Of a DNA stretch of 64,000 nt, positions 57,679-64,000 are shown piece after piece. The DNA is from Longimicrobiales bacterium (lineage in GTDB: Bacteria > Gemmatimonadota > Gemmatimonadetes > Longimicrobiales > Gaopeijiaceae): positions 448,001-512,000 of the forward strand of contig OZ242008.1 in NCBI GenBank assembly GCA_965204735.1. The letters run 5' to 3'. A model generated the notes under the pieces. That model was given only the letters and a program-made list of their open reading frames with translations. It was not told where the DNA came from and ran no database searches. A program made the position numbers and the translations under genes. Numbering within the stretch: the stretch's first letter is position 1; each line of letters starts with the position of its first letter.

Positions 57679-58327
57679 GGCCATTGCCGCCGAGATTCGC
57701 GGCCTGACGGTGCATCTGCTCGATGCGGCCATCACTCGGGACTACCACTGGCCGACGACGCGCCGACATAGGTCAATGGCGACCGTTTCGTTCGACAATG
57801 ACCAATATGTCGCTGACGCGATGAAGCTCGGAGCATACACGCGCGTGTATGCGCACCTTGCGGGCGGGCGCGCGTACAACATCATGATGCTCGACGGCGC
57901 CATCGTGCAGTTCATGTATCGATTCGAACGACGTCGCTTGACAGGCCATCGGTTGGCCTACTTGCCAGCGGCCGATGCCCGCCAACTGCATGACGTGTTC
58001 GGCAAGTATGGCGATGGTCACCTGGCGGCCGTCCCAGATCGACGCGCCGTTCCCGTGCCACTACGGGTCGACTACGACGTCAGCGATGGGCGCCACCGCC
58101 CACGGACTCATCCGAAGTGCCATCTGACGCTGGGCGAGCATCGGAGCTGTCGGATACCAGTCTCATCGCCGCTGACGCCATGCCGGTTTATGGACTTCCT
58201 TCTGCGAAACTTCTACGACGACGGAGAGCGGGGTTACGCAAACCACCTGCCGAAGAGCAGGTGTCAGTTCCTCGCGTCGATTCATACCGAAGAGAGGCAG
58301 ATCGTGCACGTGGTTGTTCCGGGGTAG
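57665..58327 (+). CDS. DUF2290 domain protein
   Basis: YNIMMLDGAIVQFMYRF, HRLAYLP, PLRVDYD, HPKCHLTLGEHRSCRIPVSSPLTP..F..F.LRNFY. Confidence 0.82.
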   Translation: MAIAEAIAAEIRGLTVHLLDAAITRDYHWPTTRRHRSMATVSFDNDQYVADAMKLGAYTRVYAHLAGGRAYNIMMLDGAIVQFMYRFERRRLTGHRLAYLPAADARQLHDVFGKYGDGHLAAVPDRRAVPVPLRVDYDVSDGRHRPRTHPKCHLTLGEHRSCRIPVSSPLTPCRFMDFLLRNFYDDGERGYANHLPKSRCQFLASIHTEERQIVHVVVPG

Positions 58328-58342
58328 CATGCCGCCCGGGCG

Positions 58343-58408
58343 CAGGTCGAGTCGGTGAAGGCGTACCGCGCCTTCGTGGCCGGCGTGGTCGCTCGCCGCA
58401 ACGCCCGC
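58343..58408 (+). mobile_element. Possible short istA (IS21 transposase) fragment
   Basis: Translates QVESVKAYRAFVAGVVARRNAR, resembling the IstA segment F.sl.aYr.Fv..vv.RRNAR. An orphan istB lies 1.3 kb downstream. Confidence 0.5.
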
Positions 58409-58577
58409 GGGAGCTTTTCTCCCGACCCGGCGATCCGCGGCTCTTGACTCACGGGTCCACGAGGGTAGCTTACTTGATTGATCGCTTGGTGGGCCGCCGC
58501 CCTTCCCTGCAAGGCGCGTGCGTCCACGACTCGACGCCACCACGTACGGGGCCGATCCGCCCGGGAGTTGCGCAACG

Positions 58578-59678
58578 ATGTTCACGAGGCTGTGGGTGGA
58601 CAACTACAAGAGTCTGGTCAACTTCGAACTCCGCCTGCGCGAGATGTCACTTCTTCTGGGGCCGAACGGGTCAGGTAAGACGTCCGTTCTGGACATGGTG
58701 CGTGCGTTGCGGCAGCTTCTGTCGGGAAAGGTGCGCGTCACGGATCCCGGCGTGTTTCCGACGCGCACCTTGACCCGCTGGGACAGCCGCGACCTTCAGG
58801 TTGCCGAGGTGGAGGTGGCGCTGGCGGACGAAGTGCTGCGATACCACCTGGAGATTGAGCATGAGCGGGCGACCAAGCGAGCCCGAATCCGTCTGGAAGA
58901 GCTTGTCGATGCAAGCGGCGATGCGCTGTTCAGGTGCGACATGGGCACCGTGCAGCTGTACCACGACGACGGCTCCGCGGGTGCCGAGTACCATGTGGAC
59001 TGGACGGAGTCCGCACTGGCCCGCGTGGCTCCGAGATCCGACAATCGGCGGCTGACGGCCTTCCTCGAGTTCTTCGGGCGAGTTGTAGTGTGCGGCCTGA
59101 TCCCGCCTGCATACCGTGCCGAGTCCGTCCGAGAGTCCGAGCAGCTCTCGCCGGACGGCCGCGACTTCGCCGATTGGTATCGGCACGCGATTCAGGAACA
59201 TCCCGATCGCGTACAGCCGTTCGTCGCAGATCTTCAGAACGCGATCGGCGGCTTCAGGGGAATTCGCTTGGAGAAGGTCGGGCAGGAGGCTCGTTCCGTG
59301 ATGATCATGCAGGAGAACAACGGCACGCGCTACGACATGCGGCTCGACGAGGCTTCCGACGGCGAGCGGGCGCTTGCGACGCTTTACGCCTTGTTGCACC
59401 TGGGGCAGGGAAGCACGCTGCTGCTGGACGTACCCGACAACTATGTCGGTCTACCCGAGATTCAACCCTGGCTGCTCGCCCTTTCCGACGCGTGCGGAAG
59501 CTCTGTGCCGCAAGCCGTTCTTTGCTCGCATCACCCCGAAGCGATCGACTACCTGGGAATTCACAGCGGCATCTTTCTGCGTCGTGAGAGTTCGGGCGTG
59601 ACCACTGCGCACTACGGGCTGCGACCGGGGGCGGCGAAGCCCGGTTTTAAGTTGTCGGAGCTGGTCGCAAGAGGATGA
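58578..59678 (+). CDS. AAA_21-type ABC ATPase with atypical Walker B
   Basis: VDNYKSL, GPNGSGKTS, ASDGER signature, LLLDVPDN (Glu replaced by Val), CSHHP. Confidence 0.8.
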   Translation: MFTRLWVDNYKSLVNFELRLREMSLLLGPNGSGKTSVLDMVRALRQLLSGKVRVTDPGVFPTRTLTRWDSRDLQVAEVEVALADEVLRYHLEIEHERATKRARIRLEELVDASGDALFRCDMGTVQLYHDDGSAGAEYHVDWTESALARVAPRSDNRRLTAFLEFFGRVVVCGLIPPAYRAESVRESEQLSPDGRDFADWYRHAIQEHPDRVQPFVADLQNAIGGFRGIRLEKVGQEARSVMIMQENNGTRYDMRLDEASDGERALATLYALLHLGQGSTLLLDVPDNYVGLPEIQPWLLALSDACGSSVPQAVLCSHHPEAIDYLGIHSGIFLRRESSGVTTAHYGLRPGAAKPGFKLSELVARG

Positions 59679-60472
59679 GCCCCAAGCAGCCCTTCGTCGT
59701 GGACGACGCCGAGGTGGACCGGATGCTCAAGGAACTGGGCATGCCCACCATGAAGGACATGTGGCGGCCGTTCGCCGACCGGGCACAGCGCGAAGGATGG
59801 TCCCACGACCGGTACCTGGCCGAGCTGGCCGAGCAGGAACTGGCCGACCGGGCGCACCGACGCTTCGAGCGCCACCGCGCCGAGGCCAAGCTGCCCCCCG
59901 GCAAGACGCTCGACAACTTCGACTTCGGCCGCCTGCCTGGACTGTCCGAGCCGCTCGTCCGCGTCCTCGCCAAGGGAGGCGACTGGATCGACGACGGCCA
60001 CAACATCGTCGTCCTCGGCCCGCCCGGCGCCGGCAAGAGCCATCTCGCCGCCGGGATCGGCCTCGCCCTCGTCGAGCGCGGCTACCGCGTCCTCTACGCC
60101 CGAGCCACCGACTTGGTGCAGAAGCTCCAGGCAGCGCGCCGCGACCTGGCCCTCGAAGCGGCGATCCGGCGGCTCCACAAGTTCCACCTCGTCATCCTCG
60201 ACGACATCACTTACGTCGACAAGGACCGCAACGAGACCAGCGCGCTCTACGAGCTTATCGGCACGCGCTACGAGTACCGCTCGCTCATGGTCACCACCAA
60301 CCAGCCGTTCAGCGCCTGGGAGCGCATCTTCGCCGACAAGGCCATGACGATCGCCGCCGTCGACCGTCTCGTCCACCACGCCCACATCCTCACCCTCGAA
60401 GGCGAGAGCTACCGCCGACAAGCCGCCTTCGAACGCGGCGCCAACGCCGCAGGAGCCGACGACAAGAAGTAG
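59675..60472 (+). mobile_element. istB: IS21-family helper ATPase IstB, no intact istA
   Basis: EAKLPPGKTLDNFDF, GPPGAGKSHLA, VILDDITY, TTNQPFSAW, AAVDRLVHH, GESYRR. Confidence 0.93.
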
Positions 60473-60535
60473 CCGCCCGGCTGCTCGGCACATCGCCCGC
60501 GCCGACGCCGGACGACCTGAGCGAACGGGAACGGC

Positions 60536-63500
60536 TCATTCCAAGCCCTCCATGATGGCCCACACGTGCCGATAGCTGGAACCGCGATTCCCCAGGGCGG
60601 ATTGCCACGTGCCAGCGTCTGCTTCGCGTAGCTTCTGGCGCGTCAAGTGCAAAGGATCGGATGGCCGCACGTTGAGTTCGCGGGCGAGTGGAGTGGCCGC
60701 CGTTCGCGGCACGCCGAGAAGGCGCATGGCGATGGCCTCGTCGGAATTCACCCCGTAATAGACTCGGGCGGGGAGGTTGCGCAGCGTCCGCTGTTCATCC
60801 GGCGAGAGTTTGTCCAAATCGCGCATGGTGAGCGACTGGAGGGCGGCCAAGCCCCAAGATGCCGATTGTGCCAGCTTGCCGAAGACGGTTTGGCAACACC
60901 GCGTCATGGCCTTGGTCGCGTCCGTGCTGGCGTCGTCCCGACCACCGGAGCCGGAACCGGCCGCGAAGTGCGCGCGGGCCATCTCGGCCAGCGGCCGCTC
61001 GTGAACCCAGTCGCAGATGACCCGGGCCACGGCGTCCCGTCCGAGGGCCGCCTCCGCTGCGACTCTGCCCAGCGACCCGTTCAGCTCCGGGACCTTGAGC
61101 AGCAGTCCGACCATCCGCTCCAAGTCGTTCCGGCGTGCGCCGAACAGGTCCGGCGTCCAAACCGCGTCGTGCACTTCCGCCCGGCTCAGGCCAGCCAACG
61201 TTCGGGCCACGGACTCCCACGAGAACCCCGTCGCATCGACGAGGCCCAGCGGCTTCCCCTTGATCCGCTCCGAATACTGTTGGACTCCCGAAACCAGCTT
61301 GCCGGCCCAGCCCTCGTGGCTCGCGCGCAGGGCCCGGAAGCCGAGTGTTCCGCGAAGCACCTGCTCGATCTGCATCGCGAACCTGTCGTGATCGCCGACT
61401 TGTCGGTAGGTGTGGGCAAGGTACTGCAGGAAGGCCGACCACTCGGGCCGCCATGCAAGCCGTTCAAGGCGCAGGAGGTCGGTCTTGTCGTCGATGTCGT
61501 GAATCATGTCGATCAACGTCGAATTGAGTTCTCCGACTGATCGGCCGACGTATTCGCGAAGCTGTGCGACCTTCGCGTCGTCGCAACCCGCCAGCGCAAT
61601 GATTCCCAGGTCGTCCTGATCCACGCGACCCGCGCGTCCGCAAATGTTCCAGAAGTCCTCGGGCGGCATTTCGCGGCCGTACGGATACTGGTGATTCTGG
61701 AATACGACGCCCGACACTGGAAAGTTCACGCCTTGCGCAATGGTCGTGGTCGCCACCATCGCCCGGAGGTCGCCTTGCTCGGCCAACCATTCCACGATCG
61801 CCCGGGCATCCTCGGAGAGCCCCGAGTGGTGCACGCCGATTCCGCGTTCCAGCAACGACACCAAAGGAAAATCGGCGCCCATCTCGTCTTCCAGGAACCC
61901 GCACAGCTGGCGTATGCGGTTGCTCGTCGCCGCCGGGACATTCTCCGCCCGCTTCAAAGTCTCAGCGATCCCCCAGCAATGTGCCGGCCGGGACGCCAGG
62001 ACGATCACGGTGCCTCGGCGCTCCAGGAGATGGGCGGCGGCCGCAGCCAGCTTGCCGGGCGACCGGGAGACTGCGGACCAAGGCAATCCCAGCGGACGCC
62101 GCTTGCCGACATTGAGAGTGTCCGGGATTTCGATCGTCTTCGCAGTCGTGTGCAACGTCGTGAAGTCGATCGTGAAGTCCCCGCGAGCTTCGCCTCTACG
62201 GGGCTGCGCTATGGCAACTACGCGATCGTTGGGGACCCAGTCGACGCCGAAGTCAATGCTTGTCGCGCTGCCGGGCGCAAGCCACTGGGCGATCTTCTCC
62301 GCGTTGGGGACGAAGGGCGTGAGCAACAAGAACTGCGCGTACCTGCATTCCCTGTTGATGGTCGCCAGCAGCAGCTCGAGCCGAAAGCCGCGCTCGCTGG
62401 CGCCGATGCCGTGAGCTTCGTCCACCACAACCAGCGTCAGAGGCCGTCCCGTCTTCTCCTCCCACCCGCCTCGCAACATCAGGTCGAGCTTCTCGGGAGT
62501 CGAGACGAGGACTCGAAACTGGCGCGCCGCGTCGGCCTCCGACAGCATGTCGGACTCGACCCCGTCGACCTCCAGCGCGGGACTGACCTTCTCCACCACG
62601 ATGCCAAGGTCCGCGAAGTCGCGGCGCAACCTGCGGGCCAGCTGGCCGACCAAGGCTCTGGTGGGCGCCAGATACGCCACCCACCCGCGCTCGCGGTCGA
62701 ACTGGTTCAGGGCTTGCAGCATTCTGAACTGGGCAAGCAAGGTCTTCCCGCTCGACGTCGGCAGGTTCACGACGACTGCACGGTGTCCCGCGCTCAAGAG
62801 GCCTGCCTCGCGAAGGGCCCGACGCTGGGGCGGCAGGACCTCGAAGATCGGCCGCGGCCGGTCCCTGGAAGTCATTGTGGCGACGAACTCTTCGACCCGG
62901 CTGTTCACGGCGCGGGCGACCGACCAGATGGAGCTGTCCACCAGGGAGCGGGCGGTGCGGGCGAGCAAGCGCACCAAGGCTTCCTGCCGCACGAGTCCCC
63001 CGTGCGAGGCGGCGGCCACGGCCCGGTCGAACTGCGCATCGAGTTGTTCGCCCACGTCGTAGTGGCCGTCGGCGCTTCCCTGCGTCTGGTGCATTCCCAC
63101 GATCTCCGCGGCCTTCGCCACGTGATAGCACCAAATCAGGTTCCATGCCGGAGCGGCATCCTTGTTGGCGGCGGCGTCCTGCAGGAACCCCGGCTCCAGG
63201 TCGGTCTGGTCTCGACGCAAGGCGGCAACGTGCTCCTGCACCGCGTTGAGGTCGTCCCACCCGTGCTTGCGAAAGAGCAGCAGCCAGACATGCAGCACGG
63301 TCGCCCACACGCGGTTCCCCCAGTGGGCGGCATGTGGACGAAGCCCGGCCAGGTCCTCGTCGCGGAGGACTCGCTGCACGTCGGCGCCCCGGTCGCCGAG
63401 GATGCCCAGGCACCCCAGCCTGACGAGCGCTTCGGCTTTCTCCGTGGGCGACTCGGGAAGATCAAGCACCCGTGCTATCTGGAACGCCGAAGCCGCTGAG

Positions 63501-63712
63501 CGCCTCAGTCTGGGCAGGTCGTCGTCGCCGATGGCGTCAAGCACGTCGAGTTCCAGCGCGTTTGCCGCGAATCGAAGGCGGTCGTCGGCGTGCGTGGCCT
63601 CGGGCGGGGAGTCACGAAGGGCTGACCAAAGCCGCCGCCGAGCCGCCTCGGTGGCAGCCTCCTGGAGCCTGTCGGTTCCCAGGCTGTCGACGATCCAGGA
63701 ATGGTCGCTCAT
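60536..63712 (-). CDS. Ski2-like SF2 DEAH helicase (Hachiman HamB-like)
   Basis: LPTSSGKT, APTRAL, DEAH, HHSGLS, ATTTIAQGVNFP, NICGRAGR. Start MSDHSW overlaps the upstream stop. Confidence 0.82.
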   Translation of the reverse strand: MSDHSWIVDSLGTDRLQEAATEAARRRLWSALRDSPPEATHADDRLRFAANALELDVLDAIGDDDLPRLRRSAASAFQIARVLDLPESPTEKAEALVRLGCLGILGDRGADVQRVLRDEDLAGLRPHAAHWGNRVWATVLHVWLLLFRKHGWDDLNAVQEHVAALRRDQTDLEPGFLQDAAANKDAAPAWNLIWCYHVAKAAEIVGMHQTQGSADGHYDVGEQLDAQFDRAVAAASHGGLVRQEALVRLLARTARSLVDSSIWSVARAVNSRVEEFVATMTSRDRPRPIFEVLPPQRRALREAGLLSAGHRAVVVNLPTSSGKTLLAQFRMLQALNQFDRERGWVAYLAPTRALVGQLARRLRRDFADLGIVVEKVSPALEVDGVESDMLSEADAARQFRVLVSTPEKLDLMLRGGWEEKTGRPLTLVVVDEAHGIGASERGFRLELLLATINRECRYAQFLLLTPFVPNAEKIAQWLAPGSATSIDFGVDWVPNDRVVAIAQPRRGEARGDFTIDFTTLHTTAKTIEIPDTLNVGKRRPLGLPWSAVSRSPGKLAAAAAHLLERRGTVIVLASRPAHCWGIAETLKRAENVPAATSNRIRQLCGFLEDEMGADFPLVSLLERGIGVHHSGLSEDARAIVEWLAEQGDLRAMVATTTIAQGVNFPVSGVVFQNHQYPYGREMPPEDFWNICGRAGRVDQDDLGIIALAGCDDAKVAQLREYVGRSVGELNSTLIDMIHDIDDKTDLLRLERLAWRPEWSAFLQYLAHTYRQVGDHDRFAMQIEQVLRGTLGFRALRASHEGWAGKLVSGVQQYSERIKGKPLGLVDATGFSWESVARTLAGLSRAEVHDAVWTPDLFGARRNDLERMVGLLLKVPELNGSLGRVAAEAALGRDAVARVICDWVHERPLAEMARAHFAAGSGSGGRDDASTDATKAMTRCCQTVFGKLAQSASWGLAALQSLTMRDLDKLSPDEQRTLRNLPARVYYGVNSDEAIAMRLLGVPRTAATPLARELNVRPSDPLHLTRQKLREADAGTWQSALGNRGSSYRHVWAIMEGLE

Positions 63713-63924
63713 GTCGGCTCTCCCACCAGCGCGGGCCAACGGTCGATCGGGGTCGGTAGGTACCATGCGACAAGATCGACGGAGCCCGGAGCCGCGGCCA
63801 GCCGGCGGGAGAGGGCTTCGGCGGGGTGGCGAAGGTCGCGTTCGTCCGGGGTGGTGTCTCGCAACAGGACTCCGGCCAGCATGAAGCTCTGGCCTCCAGA
63901 CTCCAGGTACCGACGAGCGGGCAC
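63709..63924 (-). pseudogene. C-terminal fragment of the helicase partner gene (HamA-like position)
   Basis: RRYLESGG..LAGVLLRDTTPDERDL..AWYLPTPIDRWP ends in an ATGA overlap with the helicase. In-frame TGA at 63925-63927 immediately upstream. Confidence 0.5.
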
Positions 63925-64000
63925 TCACCCGTGCGTGCCGATCACCACCGCCGCGATCCGTCCCCGTCGTCGTCGAACGGCGTCTCTCGGGCGAGCTGCG

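Overview
High-GC bacterial DNA. The secreted VPS10/BNR proteins, 6-bladed beta-propellers, carboxypeptidase-regulatory-like domains and frequent short tandem duplications resemble Gemmatimonadota (inference). No rRNA, tRNA or CRISPR array was seen. There are four blocks. (1) 1-9.7 kb: two divergent VPS10/BNR proteins flanking an orphan DNA methyltransferase, then panE, a rhomboid protease and a sigma-54 activator. (2) 9.7-28.2 kb: secreted/outer-membrane genes with two homologous sigma-54 promoter modules sharing a palindromic UAS, a ~3.26 kb tandem duplication of TonB receptor + lipoprotein, and a TolB-CehA/McbA-BNR fusion. (3) 28.36-40.81 kb: a tightly coupled 7-gene operon combining a GAP1-N-like protein and a TRAFAC (double-GTPase-like) GTPase with membrane proteins, a highly divergent SEDS (FtsW/RodA-like) protein and a PBP transpeptidase with all three catalytic motifs. 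This is the best candidate for an undescribed system. (4) 43.2-64 kb, after an S9 peptidase: a defence-island-like cluster of four helicases, three ABC/AAA ATPases, DUF2290, IS21 remnants and a Hachiman-like remnant. Family names come from motif recognition by eye, not from database searches.
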